60,702 nucleotides of DNA from a candidate division WOR-3 bacterium. Its GTDB lineage: Bacteria; Hydrothermota; Hydrothermia; LBFQ01. Shown piece by piece: positions 1 through 9,902 of this stretch. Numbering within the stretch: position 1 is the stretch's first letter; the number at the start of each line of letters is the position of its first letter. A program made the translations under genes and the position numbers. The notes beneath the pieces were generated by a model that saw only the letters and a program-made list of their open reading frames with translations, made no database searches and was not told where the DNA came from. Location: assembly GCA_015490465.1 (NCBI GenBank), contig WFXS01000042.1, positions 1-60,702 of the forward strand. Reading direction: 5' to 3'.

Positions 1-411
1 ACGTATATCACGTCTAAGACGCAGAAATATGCGGAGAGAGGGAAGAATCGTACAGACACGTCCAGCGATCCTCTTGTTGAGGAAGTAATAAGGTTAATTG
101 AGGTCGTATCGGAAAACGGTCTTCTGCACTTCGCCGCGGAGAACCTGGACCCCGATTATCTGACGGATCTCATCGGCTATACGGGAGGAGCCGTTTTCTT
201 AGTCCTCGCCCTCTATGCGGCCGAAGGGCTTGCGAAACAGCACGAGAAATTTAAGACACTTCCGGATCGTGTGCGTGAGGCCCTTGATAGGGTCCTTGAT
301 AAGGCAGTTATGATGTGGAGCGAGGTGGAGATGTTGAAGAGGGTAAAGGAGGAAGATGAAGAGGAGATTCGCAAGATAGCCGCGTCCCATGAGTTGGGAA
401 TGCACGAATAG
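1..411 (+). CDS. hypothetical protein, 5'-truncated at the window edge (last 136 codons)
   Basis: Frame 1 has no stop from nt 1 to the TAG at 409-411. My translation reads ...GAVFLVLALYAAEGLAKQHEKF...KEEDEEEIRKIAASHELGMHE*. It is absent from the ORF track because it has no in-window start. It has a hydrophobic stretch followed by an acidic helical tail. It overlaps the next gene by 23 nt. Confidence 0.4.
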   Translation, partial: TYITSKTQKYAERGKNRTDTSSDPLVEEVIRLIEVVSENGLLHFAAENLDPDYLTDLIGYTGGAVFLVLALYAAEGLAKQHEKFKTLPDRVREALDRVLDKAVMMWSEVEMLKRVKEEDEEEIRKIAASHELGMHE

Positions 412-694
412 GGTTGAACGAGCAAAAAAGAAGCTGCCCCCAGACGGTCTCAAAGCCCTTGATAAAGCGAGAAAGATTATTGAGGAGGCTAAGGATATCA
501 GCGCTTTTCAGCAACATCCCAAAGTTCGGAAGATGGCTGGAAGTAGAGAGAAATACTACCGTATAGAAGCCTCGTATAGGTGGAGGGTAATATGTCGTGT
601 GGTTGTTGAAAAGAATCTCGTCATAATAACCGATATAGGTCCCCGAAATGATAGCGAAGTGTATAAGGCATTTCATCGTAGGATGGAAAATTGA
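389..694 (+). CDS. RelE/ParE-family type II toxin (mRNA interferase-like)
   Basis: The protein is 101 aa. The core 'KMAGSREKYYRIEASYRWRVICRVVVEKNLVIITDIGPRNDSEVY' matches the RelE/ParE pattern L-x-G...YR-h-R-h-G-x-YR-h-h-Y...V-x-h-h-x-h-G-x-R-x-x-h-Y. The small size and the overlap with the upstream ORF also fit. Confidence 0.6.
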   Translation: MSWECTNRVERAKKKLPPDGLKALDKARKIIEEAKDISAFQQHPKVRKMAGSREKYYRIEASYRWRVICRVVVEKNLVIITDIGPRNDSEVYKAFHRRMEN

Positions 695-935
695 AAGTGT
701 TACACCCCTTCCCCCCATAGAATGCGTGTATGCCCATCCTTGCTTCTTTTCCGTTCATCTCGTTCCCCTATCCCCTTTTTCCTTCTTGATGAACCTGAGG
801 AGGACTTGATCCGCATCCTTCTTCTACAACGATAAAGATTTCGTTCGCTCCTTAACAGGTTATAACTGGATCGTTGAGACACTATCTCATGATGGCGCTA
901 ATTAGTGGAAATGGTATTATATTTCCTAACCCCTC

Positions 936-2729
936 CTAATACGGTATGTCCTCCATCAACTTATCCACCTTGTCCACCTCGTCCAGTTTTCCGAGGGCGA
1001 AGTAAAGTACCTTCGCCTCCTCAAGGTAGTTCCGGGCCTTGTAGGCCTTACCGAGAGCCTTATATGCCATGCCCAGATACTTGTATATATCCGCCCTCTC
1101 GGCGTCCGTGAGGTCGGGCTTCTGAAGTTCCTCCTCAAGCAACCTTATGGCCTCGTAGTCCTTCTTAAGGTTGATCAAAGATACCGCCAGAAGTATCTTG
1201 GCCTCTCTGACGTCCTTATAGTCCGGGTACAGGCTCACTATCTTCCGGAAAGTCTGGGCGGCATCGCTCCACATCTTCAGGTTGTAGTATATCTTACCGG
1301 CGGATAGGAGGGCGTCCGGAGCCTGCGGATGTTTTGGAAACTCCACACCCATCCGGTAGAGATAGCGGGCTGCCAGCGTGTCCTTACCCTCCTCAAGGAA
1401 CTTACCTCCCCAGTAGAGGAAGGCGTCCGCCACCTCGTTACTGTTGGGGAACTCCCTCAGGAACTCCCAGAGGATGGTCGTGTCCTGCTTTGCGAGGATG
1501 GAGTAAACCTGCTGCGCCCTCTGGCGGGCTATCTCGTAGAGGTCGGAGTTCGGATAGTTAGTGTACAGTTGTTTCAGGTACTTGAGGGCCTCCCGGTGTT
1601 CCCCCTCGTTGTAGTAGATCTCGGCCAGAGTGTAAAGCGCCCTCGGGGCGTCCGGATGGTTGGGAAACCTCTCAACGAACCACACGAGGGTCTTCTTCGC
1701 GGCCTCCTGCCTGTTCGTACCGAGGTAGATGGTGTACGTACGGTAGGCGGCATCCCCTGCCCTCGGGAGGTTGGCGTAATCCTCCATAACCTTCTGGTAA
1801 TAACTTATGGCCTGATCGTACTGTCTCATGGCCTCGTACACGAACCCGATGTAGTACAGGACCTCCACATCCGTTGGAGGGTGACCCGTTTTACCTATGC
1901 TCAGAAGGACGTTTAAGGCCTCGTCAAGTCTTCCTATGTTGAAGGCGGATATGGCCAGAGACAGCTGGGCGTGGGCCTTCATAACGCCCGTGAGGTGTGG
2001 AACGGCCTGTTTTGCGTGGTTGTAGGCGTTCTCGTACTTACCGGCGTGCAGGTTACACCACGACGCCCCCATCCGGGATAAGGCTACAAGGAGGGGTTTT
2101 TTGCCCTCGTTAACGTTGCGGACGTAGATGGATTCCGCCTGAAGCCAGTGTTTTCCGTAGAAGTTGGCCTCACCGGAGGCCCAGATGACCCATCCTATCC
2201 CCTCGTTCCATGGTCTGTTGTAGTAGTCCGACAGGAATATGCTCCCGTAGGCCCTGCCGCCCTCCGGGTCCTTGCTGTAAACGTAAGCCAGTATATAGTA
2301 CGTCCTCGCAACGTAGGACGACCCACCCGTAAGGTAATCGGACTGCACCACGTCGCTCAAGACCTCAATCCCATCTCTGAAGAGGCCTACCCTGACCAGC
2401 CCCACGCCGTACTTCGCAGCCTGAAGGTACCACTTTTTAAGAGTTTCCTTATCCGGTCCCTTAGAGAACCAGCCCTTCTTCTTCGGTTTAGGCGGCAGCC
2501 TGTAGGAGTTGAAGAACCTCAAAGAGTCCTCAAACCTCAGGGACATTATATCCTTCCAGTCGGGTACGAGGGAACTCATATCCGGCATGTAGAAGTAGAG
2601 AGGGCGTTTGAAGTCCGTTATCTCAAACTCGGCCTCACCGGTTATGACCTCCTCCTCCTCAACGGCCTGACCGGAGGGTGCCTGCTGATTTAAAGTATCC
2701 GGCTCCTGAAGGAGTAAAAACAGCAACAT
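936..2729 (-). CDS. tetratricopeptide (TPR) repeat protein with an acidic N-terminal segment
   Basis: The protein is 597 aa. The C-terminal two thirds are serial 34-aa TPR-like units, for example 'AYRTYTIYLGTNRQEAAKKTLVWFVERFPNHPDAPRALYTLAEIYYNEGEHREALKYLKQLYTNYPNS'. This resembles YbgF/BamD-type repeats. Confidence 0.75.
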   Translation of the reverse strand: MLLFLLLQEPDTLNQQAPSGQAVEEEEVITGEAEFEITDFKRPLYFYMPDMSSLVPDWKDIMSLRFEDSLRFFNSYRLPPKPKKKGWFSKGPDKETLKKWYLQAAKYGVGLVRVGLFRDGIEVLSDVVQSDYLTGGSSYVARTYYILAYVYSKDPEGGRAYGSIFLSDYYNRPWNEGIGWVIWASGEANFYGKHWLQAESIYVRNVNEGKKPLLVALSRMGASWCNLHAGKYENAYNHAKQAVPHLTGVMKAHAQLSLAISAFNIGRLDEALNVLLSIGKTGHPPTDVEVLYYIGFVYEAMRQYDQAISYYQKVMEDYANLPRAGDAAYRTYTIYLGTNRQEAAKKTLVWFVERFPNHPDAPRALYTLAEIYYNEGEHREALKYLKQLYTNYPNSDLYEIARQRAQQVYSILAKQDTTILWEFLREFPNSNEVADAFLYWGGKFLEEGKDTLAARYLYRMGVEFPKHPQAPDALLSAGKIYYNLKMWSDAAQTFRKIVSLYPDYKDVREAKILLAVSLINLKKDYEAIRLLEEELQKPDLTDAERADIYKYLGMAYKALGKAYKARNYLEEAKVLYFALGKLDEVDKVDKLMEDIPY

Positions 2730-2758
2730 TAGTGGTTATTTTAATCCCGTAAAGTAGA

Positions 2759-3628
2759 TCAGGAAGGACGTCCCCGTCTGAAGACCCTTATGCCGTAGTA
2801 AGAGACGAACACGATCCCAGCGATAACTAAGACAAAGACCGCCCCCATGACGTAGTAGAGCAGTTCCTTTTTGACGGGAGGCGTTCCCACGTAGAAGGCT
2901 ATCCTGCCGCTCCCCTCCCACACCCGTATCTTCTCCCCCTCAAACTCCTCCGTACCTCTGTACGTGGCGTACTTCACCTGAACGGGTACCAGCGTGTCTA
3001 CCAGTAGTTTGTAGCTGTCGGCCCCACTCCTCTCCACACCGAAATCCTCCTTAACGACCACGTAAGAGAGGGCGAAGTTCCCCTCGCCCGGAAGTATCAG
3101 GGGGTTTAGAATCACCCAGCCGTCCTTTCTCATTACGTCGTCGTTCCCCGTACTCATGGACAGGGCGGTAGCCCCTTCCGGCACCTTTATCCGTACGGAA
3201 GGGCCCCTGTAGGCGTACTTGCTGTTGTTGAACACGAAGAAGACCTCCACTACCCTGTACCCACCACGATCCCGCAGGAGACCTATGTTTTCGGAGGTTA
3301 ACTTAATAACGGATGAGTCGTAGGTTACGTCGTAAACGAAGATGTCCATGACCGTATCTTTCCCCACCACGACCACCCTTGAGGGAAACACCTCCCCCCT
3401 GTACATTACGTTAAAGGCCAGAACGTGGACCGAAGGTGGAACGTAGGTGTCGCCCATGCCGTAGATCTCAACCGTATCTATCACCCGGATGTTCCCGTCC
3501 GGTGTGAAGGTTACGACCTCGGTAAGGAGGGTGTCGTTTACGTAGGTGTTGGTGGTGAGGTTGAGGACCTTTAAATGTACCGGCTTAACATCAAAGGGAA
3601 CATTTTGAGACAGGAGGAACCAGAGCAT
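2759..3628 (-). CDS. hypothetical protein with a C-terminal membrane anchor, beta-rich
   Basis: The protein is 289 aa. A single hydrophobic helix 'LLYYVMGAVFVLVIAGIVFVSYY' lies near the C-terminus, followed by basic RVFRRGRPS. The rest is beta-strand-like. I recognise no family. Confidence 0.5.
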   Translation of the reverse strand: MLWFLLSQNVPFDVKPVHLKVLNLTTNTYVNDTLLTEVVTFTPDGNIRVIDTVEIYGMGDTYVPPSVHVLAFNVMYRGEVFPSRVVVVGKDTVMDIFVYDVTYDSSVIKLTSENIGLLRDRGGYRVVEVFFVFNNSKYAYRGPSVRIKVPEGATALSMSTGNDDVMRKDGWVILNPLILPGEGNFALSYVVVKEDFGVERSGADSYKLLVDTLVPVQVKYATYRGTEEFEGEKIRVWEGSGRIAFYVGTPPVKKELLYYVMGAVFVLVIAGIVFVSYYGIRVFRRGRPS

Positions 3629-3641
3629 ACCGATCCTTCAA

Positions 3642-4469
3642 TCAGAGCGAAAGGGTTTTAAGTACCTTCCTGAAGAGTAGCCCGACTATACCGAGGTTCC
3701 TCTCCTCAAACTCGCCCATCACGTAGAGCGAGCCAACACGTTCACCGTACAGGGTATGGCCGTTCTTCAATAGGAAGGAGAATCTGTTGACCAGTCCCGA
3801 TGCCAGAGTTCCGAGGATGGGGTCGTACTCGTCTGGCCAGTTACCCTTCAGGACGTAAACCTTCCCCTCCTCTATACGGAAAAGGCGTACGAGTTCGGGT
3901 ATGGATACCTCAACGGGCTGCTCCATTATGTCGTACTGCGCCTTCACCTCCGTTTCGGCTTCGGACACGACCGGTTCCGAAACCTCCTCCACTCTCGGCG
4001 TTTTCTCCACCGGGATAGGCGCCTCCTCTACAGGGGCCACCTCCTGCACTTCCTGAGGCTCCTCCTTCTGAACCTCCTCTGCGAACAGAGGGCCGGAAGG
4101 TATCTCTATCTCCTGAGTGGGCTGAGGAGTCTCCTTTTCGGTGACTTCGGGTATTATAGGGGTCTCCTCCAGTTCCCTGTCCAGTTTCTGTAACAGATCC
4201 TCGGCCTCCTCCTTCTCCTGTCTGCTCTCAAGTACCCTCTTTAACCTCTCTTCAAGACTCTCCACGTCCTTCATGGCCCTCTCCTTCATCTTCTCTATCA
4301 CTTCCGGGAGAGTACGGAGCAACCGGTCGGCCATGTCTATATCAAAGGGAGTATTCTCGTCTATGGCGTCTATATCAACACCTGAGAGTTCCGCCCATAA
4401 CTTTATGGCCTCCGGGTCGTTCCCCAGTTCCTCCTTCCCCTGAAGTACTATCATATAAAGTTCAGACAT
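3642..4469 (-). CDS. hypothetical acidic coiled-coil protein with a C-terminal alpha/beta domain
   Basis: The protein is 275 aa. The central part is Glu-rich and low-complexity (EEVQKEEPQEVQEVAPVEEAP...). The C-terminal roughly 90 aa are globular ('VYVLKGNWPDEYDPILGTLASGLVNRFSFLLKNGHTLYGERVGSLYVMGEF'). It overlaps the upstream gene by 8 nt. Confidence 0.5.
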   Translation of the reverse strand: MSELYMIVLQGKEELGNDPEAIKLWAELSGVDIDAIDENTPFDIDMADRLLRTLPEVIEKMKERAMKDVESLEERLKRVLESRQEKEEAEDLLQKLDRELEETPIIPEVTEKETPQPTQEIEIPSGPLFAEEVQKEEPQEVQEVAPVEEAPIPVEKTPRVEEVSEPVVSEAETEVKAQYDIMEQPVEVSIPELVRLFRIEEGKVYVLKGNWPDEYDPILGTLASGLVNRFSFLLKNGHTLYGERVGSLYVMGEFEERNLGIVGLLFRKVLKTLSL

Positions 4470-5448
4470 GTGCTACCTCCTTTATTCTCTCCGGACTCAA
4501 ACCGAAGGATTTCGCGTAAACGATCGTCCTGAGCCGTATGGCTTCCCTCTCCAACAGCCATAGGTACTCCATCACGGCGAAGAAGCTCACCGGCTCAACC
4601 GCGAAGCCCCTCTTAACGTCCTCAAAGAACCTCCTCTCAAAGGCCTCGTCTATCTTCTCAAGCGAGAAGGGGCCGTCAAAGGATACGTACTTACGTACCA
4701 GATTCTCCAGTTCCTCCACGTCCTCCATCACCATAACGTGGCGCTTTATCTTCGGGCTTATGTACCCCCCATCTATCCAGTAGGAGGGACGCTCCCCGGA
4801 AGATAGGGATATGTACGCCATGGCGATGTTCTTTGAGTCAACCGTATAGGAGTAGAACTCCCTCACCAAAGGATGAACGTCCCTCGCGAAGACGGTGGAG
4901 AAGAAGGACATGTAAACGTTGTACTCAAATCCGGCGAGGTTACCGTTTCTCAACTCCACTATGGCCTCACGGCTTATGGTAAACGGCAACCCCTTAAAGG
5001 CCATCTTTGCCCTCTCCGCCGCAGAAACGGCGTCCTCCTCCTGAAGGAGTTCCTTGAGCCTCACTTCATCAAGCGCCCCGGCGGGAAAGAGGCTCCTCTC
5101 TATGGCCTTATCGTCCACACCGTAGAACTTACCCCTTACGACCGTTATGAAGTTGTGAAGGTCCCACCTGCCGAGGTAAACGTCCAGAGACTCCCTGTAC
5201 CTGCCCTCGTCCATCAGGGACCTCACCTTCCGGAGTTCGTCAGCGAACGCCCGGTTTACGGCGGAGACGTACAGGTCTACCCCCTCCTTCACGCTCTTGA
5301 GCTGGGAAACGTACAGACCGTAACGGGTATCCTTCAGAATGTTCTCGTAAGCGCCCATATCCTCCCTTACAAGCATCTCGTAAACTTCCGGTTTCAGGAG
5401 TTTGGCTCTTCTGCCTCTCAGTCTGCCGTAAACGTACTCTATACTCAT
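4462..5448 (-). CDS. V-type ATPase subunit C (AC39/d) family protein, orphan
   Basis: The protein is 328 aa. The N-terminal 'YVYGRLRGRRAKLL', the mid-protein 'WDLHNFITVVRGK' and 'DSKNIAMAY', and the C-terminal 'FFAVMEYLWLLEREAIRLRTIVYAKSFGLSPERIKE' follow the layout of A/V-ATPase subunit C, for example Thermus AtpC. No other V-ATPase subunits are in the window. Confidence 0.65.
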   Translation of the reverse strand: MSIEYVYGRLRGRRAKLLKPEVYEMLVREDMGAYENILKDTRYGLYVSQLKSVKEGVDLYVSAVNRAFADELRKVRSLMDEGRYRESLDVYLGRWDLHNFITVVRGKFYGVDDKAIERSLFPAGALDEVRLKELLQEEDAVSAAERAKMAFKGLPFTISREAIVELRNGNLAGFEYNVYMSFFSTVFARDVHPLVREFYSYTVDSKNIAMAYISLSSGERPSYWIDGGYISPKIKRHVMVMEDVEELENLVRKYVSFDGPFSLEKIDEAFERRFFEDVKRGFAVEPVSFFAVMEYLWLLEREAIRLRTIVYAKSFGLSPERIKEVAHV

Positions 5449-5449
5449 G

Positions 5450-6913
<1,464 letters not shown>

Positions 6914-7861
6914 TTACTCCCTGAAACGGACCTCTATACGCTCGTACTTGGCCCCCTGTCCGAAGTATCCGCGCTTGACGTGGAGCTTCTCCGGGTCTAT
7001 GGGTGCGTTCTTAAGGATGAGTTCCTTGATAATCTTGGAACGGTCCTCCCAGAGGAAGGTCCCCTTGGAGTAAACGTAGACGTCCACGGGTCCCTTGCCC
7101 TTGTAGTAGTCCTTGACGTAGTTCAGCATCTCCACGATGCGCTCCTCGCCGTCGGGCTGGAGAACCGCCCTGCCGGGCTGGAAGATGTGTTCAAGGTTCA
7201 GGAAGACCATGTGGTCCCCCTTGTTGGTCATAGTAAAGAACCCGACTATTTCGGGAAGCTCCCTGACCTCGCGGCGACGGGCCCCGCTCTTGCGCATCAG
7301 GATCACCCGGTAGGTGAACTTCTCACCGGGTTTAATTACGGGCTTCCCCTTGTCGGAGAAACCGTCCCACTCTATGCGCTTGGGAAGGCCTCCACGACCT
7401 TCAAACGTCTTAACGGGTATACCGGCCGAGTTGTAGATTATGATCTTCCACTTATCGGGCTTGGGGAACTTGCCGAGCTCTATAACTATCTTGTCGTGTA
7501 TCATCCGGGGGTAAACGGGACGTTTGAGGAAGGGGTTGTAGAGCTTTATAACCTCGGCCAGCTCCTTTTCCACACCGGGAGGAAGGCGTTTCTCAAGGCC
7601 CCTCTCCCGCCTGACGATGAAGCTGTCCAGAGGCTCAAAGGGTCTGAGCTGTACGTCCACTATGGGCTTTACGGCGTCCTCTATCTTGTACTCGGCCTCG
7701 GCTACGATCTCCTCCTCTTCGGCTATTTCACCACCACCCTGAGCGGGGGCCTCGCTACCCTCCGCAGGGGCGGCCTGCTGCTCGCCGCCCTCCGCGGGAG
7801 CCTCCTGAGCGTACGCAAGGGCCGGCACACCCATGAGCAGTAACAGAATAAGGTTCCTCAT
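6914..7861 (-). CDS. secreted protein with an FlgD-Ig-like domain (possible Pal/OmpA-like partner of the Ton/Tol cluster)
   Basis: The protein is 315 aa. The signal peptide is MRNLILLLLMGVPALAYAQ. An acidic linker follows. The segment 'WKIIIYNSAGIPVKTFEGRGGLPKRIEWDGFSDKGKPVIKPGEKFTYRV' is an FlgD-Ig/FlgD-like beta-sandwich signature. It lies directly upstream of guaB and downstream of tonB. Confidence 0.5.
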   Translation of the reverse strand: MRNLILLLLMGVPALAYAQEAPAEGGEQQAAPAEGSEAPAQGGGEIAEEEEIVAEAEYKIEDAVKPIVDVQLRPFEPLDSFIVRRERGLEKRLPPGVEKELAEVIKLYNPFLKRPVYPRMIHDKIVIELGKFPKPDKWKIIIYNSAGIPVKTFEGRGGLPKRIEWDGFSDKGKPVIKPGEKFTYRVILMRKSGARRREVRELPEIVGFFTMTNKGDHMVFLNLEHIFQPGRAVLQPDGEERIVEMLNYVKDYYKGKGPVDVYVYSKGTFLWEDRSKIIKELILKNAPIDPEKLHVKRGYFGQGAKYERIEVRFRE

Positions 7862-7872
7862 TTTTGTCCTCC

Positions 7873-8958
7873 TTACTGCAGTATGAACCTGAAGGTTATC
7901 TTACCGCTACATCCGTCCGGTACGTTAGAGGAGAACACCCACCCGCGCACAGCGTTTAGGGCGGCGTTATCAAGGACGGGGTAACCGCTGGATTTGATGA
8001 GGTTGAGGCTCTTAATGGTTCCGTTGGAGTTGAGGACTATCTGAACGACCACGGTTCCCTGCCAGCCCTCGCGGCGGGCGCGCCTCGGATACCTCGGCCT
8101 CACCTTACGGACTACTTTACCGCGGATACATCCCTCTATCTGGATGGCGCCTCCACCCTTAACCTGAACGGGCTGGGCGGGACCGGCTATCTGCTCGGCG
8201 GATACGGCGGCCTTGGGTACGGCCACGTCCACGTTGGACACGGCTTCGGCGAGACCACCGCCGCCACCACCACCGAGGGATATACCGCCGCCACCACCTT
8301 CACCACCGAGACCGAGGCCACCGGAGAGGGATCCCTCAAATCCACCGCCACCGAGGGAGACGGCGGGGACGGCCTCCTGGGCGAGTATGTCCGCGGTACT
8401 CACGCCCTTCGTAGGTACGGCCACGACCACGTCGGCCGCTTCGGCGGATAGGGACTGATCCATATCCGCGAGATCTATCTTGGCAGCAGTCTCAAGGTTG
8501 GCGCTCAGGTCCACCTTCTGGACCTGAACCTGCTCGGGGAGCATCTGGGTCTGGGCTATCTGGACCTTAACGTTCTGAGGAACGTCCACCTTGAGCTTGG
8601 GGCCTCCGAGTTTTATGGTGGGGCTTACGGTCTTACTCAACTTGGCCTTCAGGCTGATCTTGGTCTGCTTGCCGGGTTCCTTCTTATCTCCGGGTTTCTT
8701 CTCGTCCTTCTTGGCCTCCTGCTTTTTCTTTTGCAACAACCTTTTAAGTTTAGGCGGAATCCTCTTCTTCTTCTTTAGCTTCTCCTCAAGGAGCTGGATC
8801 TCGCGGAGACGGGCCTCCTCAAGGGCCGCTGCTATTTGTTCCCTCATCGTGTAGGCAAGAACTGCGAGGACCGCCACACCGAACCAGAAGAACACCGCCA
8901 ACCTCTTCGTCGGCTTATCCTCCTTATCCTCCGGCAGTTTAACCGTTATCTTTGCCAT
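7873..8958 (-). CDS. tonB: energy transducer TonB-family protein with a Lys-rich and Gly-rich linker
   Basis: The protein is 361 aa. The N-terminal TM helix is 'LAVFFWFGVAVLAVLAYTM'. The C-terminal TonB_C signature is 'RPRYPRRARREGWQGTVVVQIVLNSNGTIKSLNLIKSSGYPVLDNAALNAVRGWVF'. Confidence 0.8.
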   Translation of the reverse strand: MAKITVKLPEDKEDKPTKRLAVFFWFGVAVLAVLAYTMREQIAAALEEARLREIQLLEEKLKKKKRIPPKLKRLLQKKKQEAKKDEKKPGDKKEPGKQTKISLKAKLSKTVSPTIKLGGPKLKVDVPQNVKVQIAQTQMLPEQVQVQKVDLSANLETAAKIDLADMDQSLSAEAADVVVAVPTKGVSTADILAQEAVPAVSLGGGGFEGSLSGGLGLGGEGGGGGISLGGGGGGGLAEAVSNVDVAVPKAAVSAEQIAGPAQPVQVKGGGAIQIEGCIRGKVVRKVRPRYPRRARREGWQGTVVVQIVLNSNGTIKSLNLIKSSGYPVLDNAALNAVRGWVFSSNVPDGCSGKITFRFILQ

Positions 8959-8991
8959 ATCTACCTCCTATTATAAGGCCGATTACGGCCA

Positions 8992-9447
8992 TTATCCTCC
9001 ACCCTTGCGTTTCACCACGGCGAGGGCTACCCTCTTGGCCTTGCCCCTCTTAACGGCGTCAAGGACCTCAAGGACCCGCCCCCACTCTATGGACTTGTCG
9101 GCGCGCAGAACGGTGAGCTGCTGCCCCATTAACTCGGGGTCGTTGTTCTCGGCCGCGTACTTCTCCTGCAACTCCCGTACCTTCTGGGTTATGGCCTGAA
9201 GATCGGGCATCTCGTAGTCCTGCACGTACAACTTCCCTTCCTTCGTGACCGTTACGGGTATGCTCTGCTCCAGCTCAACCTCTATGACGTTCGCCTTCGG
9301 TATGTCCACCTTTATGGACGTGTTTGAGAAGAGGGACTGGGCGTCCATAATCATTGTAGCCAGGGTCAGGATCATCACTCCGGCCATAGGAAACAGGAAC
9401 TGACCTACGTCCGGTGGCTCTTTGGGCTTCGGTTTCTCCCTAGCCAT
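8992..9447 (-). CDS. exbD: ExbD/TolR biopolymer transport protein
   Basis: The protein is 151 aa. It has an N-terminal TM helix 'FLFPMAGVMILTLATMIM' and a periplasmic domain 'VTKEGKLYVQD...LRADKSIEWGRVLEVLDAVKRGK'. It sits in the exbB-exbD-exbD-tonB context. Confidence 0.8.
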   Translation of the reverse strand: MAREKPKPKEPPDVGQFLFPMAGVMILTLATMIMDAQSLFSNTSIKVDIPKANVIEVELEQSIPVTVTKEGKLYVQDYEMPDLQAITQKVRELQEKYAAENNDPELMGQQLTVLRADKSIEWGRVLEVLDAVKRGKAKRVALAVVKRKGGG

Positions 9448-9458
9448 CTTCCTACCTC

Positions 9459-9902
9459 CTACTTACATTTGCTCCGCTTGCGCTTCATGATTAGCACGTC
9501 GGACGCGCCCTTCTCCTTAAGGAGGTCTATCATCTGGATCACGTACTCGTATATCACGTCGTTGTCGGCCGAGAGGAGGGCCTGCTTCTTGACGCTTCTG
9601 GCCAGCAGTTTGGGGATTATATCCGGGAGACGGTTGGGGTCAAACGGCTCCTCGTTGAGGAAGACCGTACCGTCGGCACAGAGGTGGAGGTTGACCTTGA
9701 TATCGCTCTTCTTTTTCTTGGGGATAACCACGTTACGACGCTTGGCAGCGAGGGACCTGGAGACGAATATACCGGACTCCACTATGAAGGGGATGGTCAG
9801 CATGAACATTATCAGGAGCGATGTGGTCATATCGGAGAAGGGCCCCAGGTTGGGAGTAGGGGCCCCTTTAGCCTCAGGTTTCTTCTTCCTCCTTGCCATC
9901 AC
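9459..9902 (-). CDS. exbD: ExbD/TolR biopolymer transport protein (second copy)
   Basis: The protein is 147 aa. It has 'LGPFSDMTTSLLIMFMLTIPF' and 'LSADNDVIYEYVIQMIDLLKEKG'. It overlaps exbB by 4 nt. Confidence 0.8.
   Translation of the reverse strand: MMARRKKKPEAKGAPTPNLGPFSDMTTSLLIMFMLTIPFIVESGIFVSRSLAAKRRNVVIPKKKKSDIKVNLHLCADGTVFLNEEPFDPNRLPDIIPKLLARSVKKQALLSADNDVIYEYVIQMIDLLKEKGASDVLIMKRKRSKCK

Noticed and set aside
700-882. A 60-aa Arg/Ser-rich ORF between the RelE-like gene and the TPR gene.
   Set aside because: It has low-complexity basic composition, no start context and no recognisable fold. It is more likely non-coding spacer between convergent genes.
8213-8458. A Pro-rich 81-aa ORF (PPPPPPRDIPPPPPSPPRPRPP).
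   Set aside because: It is the reverse complement of the poly-Gly linker of TonB, so it is an artefact of GGN/NCC symmetry.
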